NCBI GenBank assembly: GCA_963726255.1
Contig: CAVSBL010000002.1
Coordinates: 1,344,001 to 1,408,000 of the forward strand
Length of the DNA stretch: 64,000 bases
Reading direction: 5' to 3'
DNA from: Candidatus Bathyarchaeota archaeon
GTDB taxonomy: Archaea; Thermoproteota; Bathyarchaeia; 40CM-2-53-6
Part shown: positions 49,195 to 57,836 of the stretch, one piece after another
Layout of the letters: each line of letters opens with the position of its first letter
Position numbering within the stretch: the first letter of the stretch is position 1
Position numbers and translations under genes: made by a program
Notes under the pieces: generated by a model
Told to the model about the DNA's origin: nothing
The model's database searches: none
Seen by the model: the letters and a program-made list of their open reading frames with translations, nothing else

Positions 49195-49632
49195 CTAGAT
49201 GAAAAGCGTCACTTGGGATTCTGAGGCCTCTGTGATGTAGGTGCCGACGCCCGCTATTTCGTCCACTATTGGGTCGAGGTCATTCTTTGTTATGCCAAGT
49301 AGGTCGCAAGCAGTTGAGCAGGCCAGTATCTTCACTTTTCCCATTTCTTTCGCTTTCTTGAGCATGTCATACCAGGGTGGGGCGTTCGTTACTTTCAGTC
49401 GGTCTTTGATCATGGGAACGAGCTCTTCGAAGTCCTTGCTGAACTTCTGGTTTGTCTTTACCATATCTTTCTTGAAGCCGAGTAGTCCGTAGAATGTGAC
49501 GAATATGGTTACGTCCATGTCTGTGGCAACTGCGCCTGATGTGACTATTGCGAGGGGCATTAGCTTGTCGACTGTTCCGGAGTACATCATTATGGTCATC
49601 TTTCCTGCCATATTTTTCACCGTTCGGTTCAT
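49195..49632 (-). CDS. DsrE/DsrF/DrsH-like (DsrE2-type) sulfurtransferase (likely start 49611)
   Basis: SGTVDK, TIFVTFYGL, ILACS, TLFI C-terminus. Confidence 0.85.
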   Translation of the reverse strand: MNRTVKNMAGKMTIMMYSGTVDKLMPLAIVTSGAVATDMDVTIFVTFYGLLGFKKDMVKTNQKFSKDFEELVPMIKDRLKVTNAPPWYDMLKKAKEMGKVKILACSTACDLLGITKNDLDPIVDEIAGVGTYITEASESQVTLFI

Positions 49633-49676
49633 GTGGAAATCGCTATTTACGACTTCATCGTGATTCCACTCTTTGA

Positions 49677-49712
49677 GAATCAGACGTTCGCAATATACGC
49701 AAATTCTGATGT
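49677..49712. promoter_or_regulatory. ArsR-type operator candidate (tandem) in the divergent dsrE/arsR promoter
   Basis: ATATACG-CAAATT-CTGATGT (49693-49712) has the same layout as 32288-32307; weaker overlapping copy at 49677-49696. Confidence 0.5.
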
Positions 49713-50069
49713 TTGAATACCGAAGAATGGACGTTGTCGCAGGTAAGGGAACGACTCTTCCAAATGCAGGCGGAGGTGTGCAAGATACTCTGTAACCCGC
49801 GGAGGCTGCAGCTTCTGCACGTGCTTCGTGACGGTGAGAAATCTGTCAGCGAATTATCTGCGGTCACGGGGTTGAGGCAAGCGAACGTTTCGCAGCACCT
49901 AGCTTTGATGCGACATCACAAGGTTGTCATCGAGAGGCGCTTGGGGAACTCCGTCTTCTATCACATATCGGACGGACGGATAAACAGCGCCTGCGACCTC
50001 ATCCTAGCAGTATTGTTGGACCAAGCGAGTGAGGATTCGAAACTCATCCGGATCGCACGAAGAGGTTAA
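49713..50069 (+). CDS. ArsR/SmtB-family regulator
   Basis: CKILCNPRRL, ANVSQHL, VFY. Confidence 0.9.
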   Translation: MNTEEWTLSQVRERLFQMQAEVCKILCNPRRLQLLHVLRDGEKSVSELSAVTGLRQANVSQHLALMRHHKVVIERRLGNSVFYHISDGRINSACDLILAVLLDQASEDSKLIRIARRG

Positions 50070-50124
50070 ACACTTCTCATAGGCGTTAGATCCTTGTCAT
50101 CATTGTCAATCGGAGAGAGGGTGA

Positions 50125-50592
50125 GTGTCGGAAGTTTCAGCGAAGTTAAGACGAGTTGACGGCCTCAACTTCAACGTGGAAGTAGCAGGGGGCCGGAGAA
50201 TTCAGCTCAACTCTGCCGAAGATATGGGGCACGCGTTTACTCCCATGGAGCTTTTCCTTGTAGCACTCGCGGGTTGCACGGCCATGGACGTACAGTGGAT
50301 ATTGGAAAAGCAGAGACAGAAAGTCGAGGGACTTGAAATATCAGTTCGAGGAGTCCGTCGCGGAGAAGACCCTGCATACTATGAGAGGATTTACCTCGAA
50401 TATTCGGTGCGAGGTGAGGGCATCAGGAAAGATGCAGTTGAACGGGCAATACGCCTCTCGCAGGAAAAGTATTGCTCAGTCACAGCCATGATTAAGGAGA
50501 CCGTAAAGACACACATAACCTACACAATTGCGGATGGGAAAGGGAATGAACAGAAATTCGTCTATCCAGCTCTCTCCCATAATGTCCGGTGA
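50125..50592 (+). CDS. OsmC/YhfA-family protein
   Basis: PMEL..ALAGC..MDV, LSQEKYCSV. Confidence 0.88.
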   Translation: MSEVSAKLRRVDGLNFNVEVAGGRRIQLNSAEDMGHAFTPMELFLVALAGCTAMDVQWILEKQRQKVEGLEISVRGVRRGEDPAYYERIYLEYSVRGEGIRKDAVERAIRLSQEKYCSVTAMIKETVKTHITYTIADGKGNEQKFVYPALSHNVR

Positions 50593-50644
50593 GATTTCTT
50601 GATGACGCTGTTCGGTCTACCAAATTGACAGCTTGATATGGTTG

Positions 50645-51163
50645 CTAGATGTCTGCACCTACTCTTTCAAGTATCCTACGGTACCATTCAGGCAGTTCAT
50701 ATTCTTCTGCCCTGTAGTTGCTGCGATATGGCTTTAGGTCAAGAACAGGCGTTCCATCAAAAAGATCCAAGCCGCGGACAAGAAGCCGTGTCTTTTCTAT
50801 TCGCAGAAGCCTCACGAGGCTTAATCCAATTGGATTTGGCCTGGTAGGAGAGTCAATGGCGAAAACCCCTACCAAAGGCAACTCCTCAGGTTTAAAGCCG
50901 GCCTTCAGTAGTCTTCGCGGTTTAACTTTCAATGGACCAATCTGGTCAGGCCGCAACCTATGCAGGTAACTCAACACGAATATGTGAGAAAATCCCTCAA
51001 GGCCATCCAGCGCATCATTGAATTGTGGGAAGACTTCAACAGTTGCTTCCAATTCGCTATGCATTTCTCTTACTTCGTCGTCAGTCGCATCGGTCCGCAC
51101 AATTCCGACGGGTCGAAGAATAATCCGATTTTCATGTTGCATACCGAACTCTCCTGAAGCCAC
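50645..51163 (-). CDS. TsaA/TrmO-like SAM-binding protein
   Basis: GLEGFSH, GVFA..SP.RPNPIGLS, DGTPVLDLKPY. Confidence 0.88.
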   Translation of the reverse strand: MASGEFGMQHENRIILRPVGIVRTDATDDEVREMHSELEATVEVFPQFNDALDGLEGFSHIFVLSYLHRLRPDQIGPLKVKPRRLLKAGFKPEELPLVGVFAIDSPTRPNPIGLSLVRLLRIEKTRLLVRGLDLFDGTPVLDLKPYRSNYRAEEYELPEWYRRILERVGADI

Positions 51164-51252
51164 GTCTTATTTGCTACTCACTAGCGATTGGTTAGATAAT
51201 GAGTCTTATTGTGTACACCGATCTTCGAAAGAAGCTACGCCATTAGAACAGA

Positions 51253-51723
51253 TCAGGCGGGCTTGAGGAAGTTTGGGTTGGTGGAGTCGTATTTGTCAGC
51301 GTCTTTCTCGCTTCGTGTGATTTCATGCAACCATCTGGCTGCGCCATCCCTCTTCCAGTCGCCGATCCTCTCATGCAGGTCCAGATAGTTGCGTGGCATC
51401 GGGTGGGTGCCAACTTTGACCGGAAGCCCGACTACTTTCTCTATGTAGTTCTTGTGGTCCTCGATATATGGGCAGATCGGGTAACCCGCTAGATAACAGC
51501 TGGCGAGGTAGATTACCTGGGCGCCAAACTTCTTCATGTCGGCAGGCGCATACTCAAGCCGCTCGCCGGGGCAGCCGCCGCAAGCCATCCACCCTACGAC
51601 CTGTATGGGTTCATCCTCAGCGTATTCTGCGAATGCTCCGTCACGTTCGATGATCGACTTGAAGCACTTGTTCCCCGTGCAGGTCCTGTTCCTATCGCAG
51701 ATCATTATGCCTACTTTGACCAT
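51253..51723 (-). CDS. CGGC-domain protein
   Basis: ICD...CTG.KC, CGGCPG, SC, CP, GTH; start set at MVKVG. Confidence 0.88.
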   Translation of the reverse strand: MVKVGIMICDRNRTCTGNKCFKSIIERDGAFAEYAEDEPIQVVGWMACGGCPGERLEYAPADMKKFGAQVIYLASCYLAGYPICPYIEDHKNYIEKVVGLPVKVGTHPMPRNYLDLHERIGDWKRDGAARWLHEITRSEKDADKYDSTNPNFLKPA

Positions 51724-51881
51724 GCTAACTCGAAGTGCGAGTTGTGTGCTTTGCTTTAGGGCCTTTCGAATATAGAGTAAAATGAGAACGTGTTTCAAAG
51801 ACGTAAGTATTTGACTGCGGGTGACGCGAAATTCCTGATAATCTAGACTGATTTTCGCACGATGGAGTTAGGCGGAGGGTA

Positions 51882-51899
51882 TATATCGGAACCGATATA
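51882..51899. promoter_or_regulatory. perfect 8-2-8 palindrome, probable PadR operator
   Basis: TATATCGG-AA-CCGATATA upstream of the DUF5320-padR-nifX genes. Confidence 0.65.
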
Positions 51900-51925
51900 G
51901 CTAACGATATGCGATCAGAGGTGAT

Positions 51926-52138
51926 ATGATGGGACGCTTTGGTTACGGCCACGGCGGACATTGTGACTCCGAATGTCATGGCGGTCCGGGTTGGTACGGG
52001 CGAGGGCGAACTTGGGGATGGCAGCCTCCTATGACGAACGATGAAGTCGTGGGAGAGATGGAAGACTACAAGGCTCGACTCGAAGCCGAGATAACCGCAC
52101 TCGAGAAGAGGATCAACAGTCTGAAGGAGAAACAGTAG
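51926..52138 (+). CDS. DUF5320-like Gly-rich/coiled-coil protein
   Basis: Gly-rich N-terminus and a LEAEI..LEKRI coil; GAGGTGA RBS. Confidence 0.7.
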   Translation: MMGRFGYGHGGHCDSECHGGPGWYGRGRTWGWQPPMTNDEVVGEMEDYKARLEAEITALEKRINSLKEKQ

Positions 52139-52145
52139 GGTAGGA

Positions 52146-52517
52146 TTGAATATGCCCCGGTGGTGTCGATGCAGTTGTGGTCCGTTCAATATACGTTTCA
52201 TACCACCCGGCATACTGAAACCCTACGTCCTCCGCCTTCTATCCACCAAATCAATGCACGGCTTCGAGATCATGGAAGAAATCTTCGAGAGAACAGGCAG
52301 GGTCTGGCGGCCAGGGCCTGGAACGATTTACCCCACCCTTTCTTGGTTGGAGGAAAACGGCTACATTGAGAGTATAGTCGAAGTCAGAGGAGAGAAAGCT
52401 CGGAAGCCCTACAAGATAACTGCGAAGGGTCTGGGGGCATTGAAGGAGTATCGAACCGTAAGACGAGAGGGACTAGAAAGCCTAGAATGGATGCGAACCG
52501 TCTGGAAGGACATGTGA
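52146..52517 (+). CDS. PadR-family regulator
   Basis: MHGFEI, PGTIYP.L..LE, Y.IT.KG. Confidence 0.9.
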   Translation: MNMPRWCRCSCGPFNIRFIPPGILKPYVLRLLSTKSMHGFEIMEEIFERTGRVWRPGPGTIYPTLSWLEENGYIESIVEVRGEKARKPYKITAKGLGALKEYRTVRREGLESLEWMRTVWKDM

Positions 52518-52518
52518 C

Positions 52519-52944
52519 ATGATTATCCATACGGTTGGAGGTGAATTAGTGATAACTAAGATTGCAGTGGCATCTGATGATGGGCAGACGATAACTCAGC
52601 ATTTTGGTCGAGCACGCGGTTATGTTGTCCTGACTATAGAGAACGGGCATGTTGAGAAGCGTGAGTCTCGAGACAAATTAGGTCATGCGGATTTCGGGGA
52701 CCAGCATCACCACGGGCCTCAGCATGGCGTAGGGCTGGAAGAGGAGCAGCGACATGGTATGATGTTTGCACCAATTACAGACTGCGAAGTCTGCGTCGTT
52801 GGAGGAATGGGTATCGGTGCGTATGAGAACTTACGCTCCCTAGGAATTCGACCGATAGTAACCGACGTCAAGTCGATTGATGAAGCGGTGAAAGCTTTCA
52901 TTGAGGGTCGGCTTGAGAACCACGCTGAGCGAATTCATGGGTAG
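52519..52944 (+). CDS. NifB/NifX-family cluster-binding domain protein (likely start GTG 52549)
   Basis: IAVASDDG, QHFGRA, GGMG.GA. Confidence 0.85.
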   Translation: MIIHTVGGELVITKIAVASDDGQTITQHFGRARGYVVLTIENGHVEKRESRDKLGHADFGDQHHHGPQHGVGLEEEQRHGMMFAPITDCEVCVVGGMGIGAYENLRSLGIRPIVTDVKSIDEAVKAFIEGRLENHAERIHG

Positions 52945-52961
52945 CCAGGAATTTGTGGAGG

Positions 52962-53804
52962 CTACCCGGTCTTCCCTGAATGCAGTCTATGTGTTCTTTC
53001 ATCTTCGACCTGAATCGTGGCATGAGCCATCCCAAAGTTCTCCCTAAGGAGTTTTCTAGCCTGTTCTTGGATCGCTTCCCATTCCTGAGACCTATCTGTG
53101 GTGATGTGTACGCTTGCCGCATGGACGCCAGAAGTTATTGTCCATAAGTGAAGGTGGTGTACTCCTGTAACGCCACGGATGCTCAACAAGGTTTCCTCGA
53201 CTTTTCCAGGAGAGATACCGCTTGGAGCACTTTCCATGAGTATGTTCACGCTCCCCATAATCAGCTTGTATATGCTAGGTATCATAATGAGACCTATCAG
53301 CGCTCCTGCGACGGGATCAGCAACATACCATCCCGTCAGAGAGATTACTGTTCCAGCAACGATTACTCCTGCAGAGCTTAATGCGTGTACCATCACCTCA
53401 AGAAATGCGCCTCGAAAGATCAGGCTCTGTTTGGAAGGACCGCTTAGAAGCTTAATTCCAATCGAGTTCAAAACCAAACCCACTATGGCGACGACCGTCA
53501 TGGGTCCTCCTCGAACGTCCGGTGGGCTAAGCAAACGTAGATAGACTTGAAAGAAGATGTACAGGTCCATCACTACTAAGATTACGCCATTTAACAGGGC
53601 AACCAATACTTCGAGGCGATAATATCCAAAGGACCGCTCGGGGGTTGCCGGTTTGATTGCAAGAGTGATTGCGAGAAAAGTCATCGTTAGAGTTCCAACG
53701 TGAGAAAACATGTGAACGGCATCTGTCAACAAGGCAAGACTGTTGGCCAAGATACTGCCTACAAATGCAACCACCATATACGAGAACGTGAGTGCAATAA
53801 CCAC
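52962..53804 (-). CDS. CDF (CzcD-like) cation transporter with a non-canonical metal site; 5' end possibly damaged
   Basis: SLALLTDA.H, SFGYYRLE, ILME..P, H.LHLW, HATIQVE. Confidence 0.85.
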   Translation of the reverse strand: MVIALTFSYMVVAFVGSILANSLALLTDAVHMFSHVGTLTMTFLAITLAIKPATPERSFGYYRLEVLVALLNGVILVVMDLYIFFQVYLRLLSPPDVRGGPMTVVAIVGLVLNSIGIKLLSGPSKQSLIFRGAFLEVMVHALSSAGVIVAGTVISLTGWYVADPVAGALIGLIMIPSIYKLIMGSVNILMESAPSGISPGKVEETLLSIRGVTGVHHLHLWTITSGVHAASVHITTDRSQEWEAIQEQARKLLRENFGMAHATIQVEDERTHRLHSGKTG

Positions 53805-54070
53805 AATCAGCCTGGATTTATTCTGGGACGCAATAGACGTGACTCACACGAACCTCAGGCCCCGGCCTGTGTTATGACGTTCATATGAGTTGCCATATTT
53901 TAGACAGGATGCCATTCTCTTGACGGTCAACTAACTACTACAGGGCAGAAGTCTACGAACTTCCTGATTGGTACTGTGGAATATTAGAAAGAGCAGGCGG
54001 AGACGTCTGGCATGTCCATCACCTAGTTGGTTTATGTAACTTGTGTCACATTGTCGAATGTTAGGGAGGC

Positions 54071-54877
54071 TTGACCTTGCCCGACATTTTCGAAGAAGTC
54101 GCGATGTTAAGACGAGAACATAAAACCGCTGCTCTTGCGACGGTTGTTGGGGGTGAGAAAGGTTCGCCTGGAAAGACAGGGTTCCGCATGCTGGTCTATC
54201 CTGATGGCAAAATCTCGGGAACAGTTGGCGGGGGTCTTCTCGAGGCGAAGATTCGCGAGGAGGGGTTACGCTGCATGTCTGACAAGAAGCCTAGACTACT
54301 TGAGCTGGCGCTTGATGATGAGAGCGCTGACAGCATCGGAGTACTTTGCGGCGGAAAGGTGACGGTCTTCATAGAACCCATTCAGGGCCCTTCTACGATG
54401 TACGTCTTTGGGGGCGGACACATCGCTATTCCTCTCGTCCAGTTCGCCAAGACTCTCGAATTCGCTGTTGTCGTCGTAGACGACCGACAGGATTTTGCCA
54501 ACACGGAACGTTTTCCACAAGCGGATGAAGTGAAGGTAGGCGAGTTTGCTAATGTAACCAAATCCATGGACTTTTCTGAAGGAGACTGCGTTGTCATAAT
54601 CACCCACGGTCATGCGCACGATGAAACAGTTCTGAAAGAATGCCTCTCGAAGGCCTACCTTCCCGGATATATTGGCATGATTGGTAGCAGAGATAAGATT
54701 GCCAGAACATTCGCTAATTTGAGAGAGCAGGGCATCTCACAGGAACTTCTCGCCAAGGTGAAGGCGCCAATAGGGCTCGACATAGGCGCTAGAACTCCCG
54801 CTGAAATAGCGTTGAGCATAATTGCAGAGATCGTTGCGTACAGATACGGAAGGTCGGTTAAGCCAGAGCAGCCTTGA
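54071..54877 (+). CDS. XdhC/CoxI-family molybdoenzyme maturation factor
   Basis: GTVGGG, CGG, GGGH, D, YIGMIGS, PIGLDIGA.TP.EIA.SI. Confidence 0.9.
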   Translation: MTLPDIFEEVAMLRREHKTAALATVVGGEKGSPGKTGFRMLVYPDGKISGTVGGGLLEAKIREEGLRCMSDKKPRLLELALDDESADSIGVLCGGKVTVFIEPIQGPSTMYVFGGGHIAIPLVQFAKTLEFAVVVVDDRQDFANTERFPQADEVKVGEFANVTKSMDFSEGDCVVIITHGHAHDETVLKECLSKAYLPGYIGMIGSRDKIARTFANLREQGISQELLAKVKAPIGLDIGARTPAEIALSIIAEIVAYRYGRSVKPEQP

Positions 54878-54987
54878 GGTGCAATTCGTATGAAGAGTCA
54901 TGTAAGATGCTGATCGTCTGCGTAGAGAATTGAGTTCTAAGTTCACGTGGGAATTCCTGTTCGCTTTTTCGGCGAAGTTGAGTGTTT

Positions 54988-56427
54988 TCAGGACGCCGCA
55001 GGGATGCCTGCTAGCCTTCGGGCCATTTCCTTCTTCTTTTCCAGGTCAGCGAGTTGTCTGACCGTCATCTGCGCTGCGGCTGGCGAACCCCCGCCATGCA
55101 TGCATAATGCTCCTAACCGTCCTGGCCCAGCGATCATGCTCTCAACTAACCTGGCCACCCTCAATCTCTTCTCAGCCGTAACCCCTTGAAGCCCGCGGTA
55201 ATACTTCTCGACTAGCGGGCCGACCTTTGGGTTCTTCAGGTCAAGTTCAGAAGGCATGCATGACACCATTCCGCCGCCTATGTCTTCCGCAATCTTCTGA
55301 ATCTCATAGGGAAGCCTAGTTACACTGATCTTTGTAACGTTCGCCAAGAGTGGGTCAGGGAACCAAGCGCCTGATGGCGTTGGTTGGCCTTCGTTGGCGG
55401 CACCTAAGGCTTGGGAGTATAATGATTCGGAGAGATACGTCATCTCCGTCAAACGGTCAGATAGCTGTCTAGAGAGCCCGTTATATTCAGCCAAAAGCGC
55501 GCCTGCACCGGTCAAGACGTCACCACACCCCGCCAGGCAGCCACCCAGCACCATACGGTGAAGCAGAACAAATTTCGCGACGACATCAACGGCGAACTCG
55601 TATTCGCCGTTCATGAACACCCGCTCCTTGGGAACGAAGACGTCGTCGAAGACCACCAGCGATTCCGAGGAGCCAAAGTTGACGTTTCCTTTGTCGAATC
55701 CTTCTTCTAACTTCCTTTCGCCCCCTGACTGTGCGTCCACAACTTGAATCAGGCCTTCAGCGTTCATTGGTACGGCAAAGGCAACGGCATGTTCCTTCTC
55801 TGCTTCGGCGAATCCTGTGCCTGGCTGAACGATGATCTCGTGCGAACCGATTGCGCCACCAATCATGCTCTTGGCGCCCCGCACAACGATGCCTTTTCTG
55901 TTCTCGTCAACTACCCTGAGGTAAACGTCCTTGTCAGGCTGGTGTTTCGGTTTCAAGGATCGATTGCCCTTCGGATCCGTTAGCGCGCCAGCGCAGGTGA
56001 GGTCCTTGCCCTGAACCATCGCCGCGTACCGTTTCAGCCGCTTATGGTATTCCGTCCCAAGCTGAGCATCCATTTCGTGTGTGGAATTCCAGAGCGCGTT
56101 CAAAGCGTCCCAGCCACAGCAACGGCTGGCAGTGCAAACCCCTGTCCATTGGCAGATGAATCGTGCAGCCTTGACGCGGTTTACGAGGTCCTCCTTCGAG
56201 CTGTGTATTGAACAGTAGACGCTGACTTTAGCGCCTTCGACTGTCCTGGTTAGAAGATTGTTGTAGTTTTGTTGCTTAGAAAGCTCGTAGATCGCACCGA
56301 TCCCTTCCAAAGCTAATCGTGTGAACGGGTTCTTTGTTACGTCTTCGATGCGGTCTCCACGCATGTAGGCCTCGGATTTTAGCTGCCGTATACTGTGTAT
56401 GTATTCTTGTTTCGACTTGAGGACCAT
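54988..56427 (-). CDS. 4-hydroxybutyryl-CoA dehydratase-like (AbfD/HpaB-fold) protein, divergent
   Basis: C....RCCG.DA, TDPKG.RS, VRGAK, HR....GC, MHGGGSP. Confidence 0.8.
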   Translation of the reverse strand: MVLKSKQEYIHSIRQLKSEAYMRGDRIEDVTKNPFTRLALEGIGAIYELSKQQNYNNLLTRTVEGAKVSVYCSIHSSKEDLVNRVKAARFICQWTGVCTASRCCGWDALNALWNSTHEMDAQLGTEYHKRLKRYAAMVQGKDLTCAGALTDPKGNRSLKPKHQPDKDVYLRVVDENRKGIVVRGAKSMIGGAIGSHEIIVQPGTGFAEAEKEHAVAFAVPMNAEGLIQVVDAQSGGERKLEEGFDKGNVNFGSSESLVVFDDVFVPKERVFMNGEYEFAVDVVAKFVLLHRMVLGGCLAGCGDVLTGAGALLAEYNGLSRQLSDRLTEMTYLSESLYSQALGAANEGQPTPSGAWFPDPLLANVTKISVTRLPYEIQKIAEDIGGGMVSCMPSELDLKNPKVGPLVEKYYRGLQGVTAEKRLRVARLVESMIAGPGRLGALCMHGGGSPAAAQMTVRQLADLEKKKEMARRLAGIPAAS

Positions 56428-56436
56428 TGTACTCCC

Positions 56437-57573
56437 TCATAGAAGCTCGTTGGAAATCACGAGTCGCTGAATCTCGGACGTGCCTTCGTAAATCTCCGTA
56501 ATCTTCGCGTCCCGGTAGTATCTTTCCAGCGGTAGGTCCGTCATGTATCCGTATCCGCCGTGGATTTGCAGCGCCTTTCGTGCGGCTTCGACGGCAGTTG
56601 ATGCGGCGAAGAGCTTGGCCATGCTCGCCTCCTTCGTGTGCTTTCTGCCCTGGTCCGTAAGGTTTGCAGCATGGTACGTGAGCAATCTCGCGGCTTCAAT
56701 TTCAGTCGCCATGTCAGCAATCATCCACCGAATTGCTTGTTGGTCGCTGATAGGCTTCCCAAATTGGACCCTCGTCCTTGCATGTTCAATCGCCGCGTCT
56801 AGGGAGGCCTGGGCTATGCCTACGGCTTGTGCGGCAATGCTGATTCGCCCGCAGTCGAGCGTGTCCATTGCAATCTTGAACCCCTCCCCGGGGCGCCCAA
56901 GCATATTCTTCGCTGGGACGCGCACGTCGTCGAAAATTACTTCAGAAACCATTGACGACCGTATTCCCATCTTGTCGAATATTTTTCCAATTTTGACGCC
57001 GGGCATCTTTCGATCCACAATGAAGCATGAGATTCCGCAGTGCGCGAGCGATTTGTCCGTCATCGCGAAGACTAGGTAGGTGCTCGCCATCGGTGCGTTC
57101 ACGATGAAGTATTTGCGGCCATGAATAACATAATCATCGCCGTTACGCGTGGCCTTTGATTCCATTGCGGCGACGTCGCTACCCGCTCCGAGTTCGGTCA
57201 AGCAGAATGATCCGAACTTTGCACCCTGAGCCAGAGGCTTCAAGTAACGCATCTTTTGCTGCTCGGTCCCGTACGATAGCAACGGTTGGCTCACGAGCGA
57301 TACATGCACGGCCAGCGTAACTCCAAGCGCCGCGGAGCCACGTGAGATTTCTTCGACCGCAAGAACATAGCTTAGTATGTCTTGGCCTCCACCACCATAC
57401 TTTCGCGGGATCGGCAGGCCAGTCAACCCGGCTCTGGCCATCGCACGCCATGTATCCGTTGGGAATTTCTTACTCTTGTCCCAACCATCCGCCTTGGGCA
57501 GGACAAGTTGCTCAGCAAACTTGCGCGCCGCTCGCAGAACGTCTCCTTGGCCCTTGTTTAACGCGAACTCCAT
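56437..57573 (-). CDS. acyl-CoA dehydrogenase (butyryl-CoA dehydrogenase-like)
   Basis: FCLTE.GAGSD, KMGIR, GRI.IAAQ, QIHGGYGY, IYEGTSEIQ. Confidence 0.92.
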   Translation of the reverse strand: MEFALNKGQGDVLRAARKFAEQLVLPKADGWDKSKKFPTDTWRAMARAGLTGLPIPRKYGGGGQDILSYVLAVEEISRGSAALGVTLAVHVSLVSQPLLSYGTEQQKMRYLKPLAQGAKFGSFCLTELGAGSDVAAMESKATRNGDDYVIHGRKYFIVNAPMASTYLVFAMTDKSLAHCGISCFIVDRKMPGVKIGKIFDKMGIRSSMVSEVIFDDVRVPAKNMLGRPGEGFKIAMDTLDCGRISIAAQAVGIAQASLDAAIEHARTRVQFGKPISDQQAIRWMIADMATEIEAARLLTYHAANLTDQGRKHTKEASMAKLFAASTAVEAARKALQIHGGYGYMTDLPLERYYRDAKITEIYEGTSEIQRLVISNELL

Positions 57574-57590
57574 AGCAAGCCCTACTGAAT

Positions 57591-57653
57591 GGTACCGTAA
57601 GTACCGGGAAATAGCTGTTCAATACGAACAATACGAACAGTACTTACGGTTCC
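57591..57653. promoter_or_regulatory. 14-bp inverted repeat enclosing a 9-bp tandem repeat, upstream of acd
   Basis: GGTACCGTAAGTAC (57591-57604) / GTACTTACGGTTCC (57640-57653); AATACGAAC x2 (57621-57638). Confidence 0.6.
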
Positions 57654-57836
57654 GCTAACTTGTCTTCGGACAAGTCAGCTTGCCTCCATCGACTTGCAGG
57701 ATTACCTTCGGCGCTTCTGAGTCTGCATTGGGTTCCTGTACCATTGCTTCACTTAGCCCTACGGCCCCGAACCTCAGGGCTCATGCGAGAATAGTGATGA
57801 GTATGTCTGCAGAATAGTGCGTTGTTTCGTTCTTGC

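Noticed and set aside
52519-52944. Nitrogen fixation gene
   Set aside because: Stand-alone NifB/NifX-domain proteins are common in non-diazotrophs; no nifHDK here.
54988-56427. Marker of autotrophic 4-hydroxybutyrate cycles
   Set aside because: Catalytic motifs are divergent and the context is catabolic (acyl-CoA dehydrogenase).
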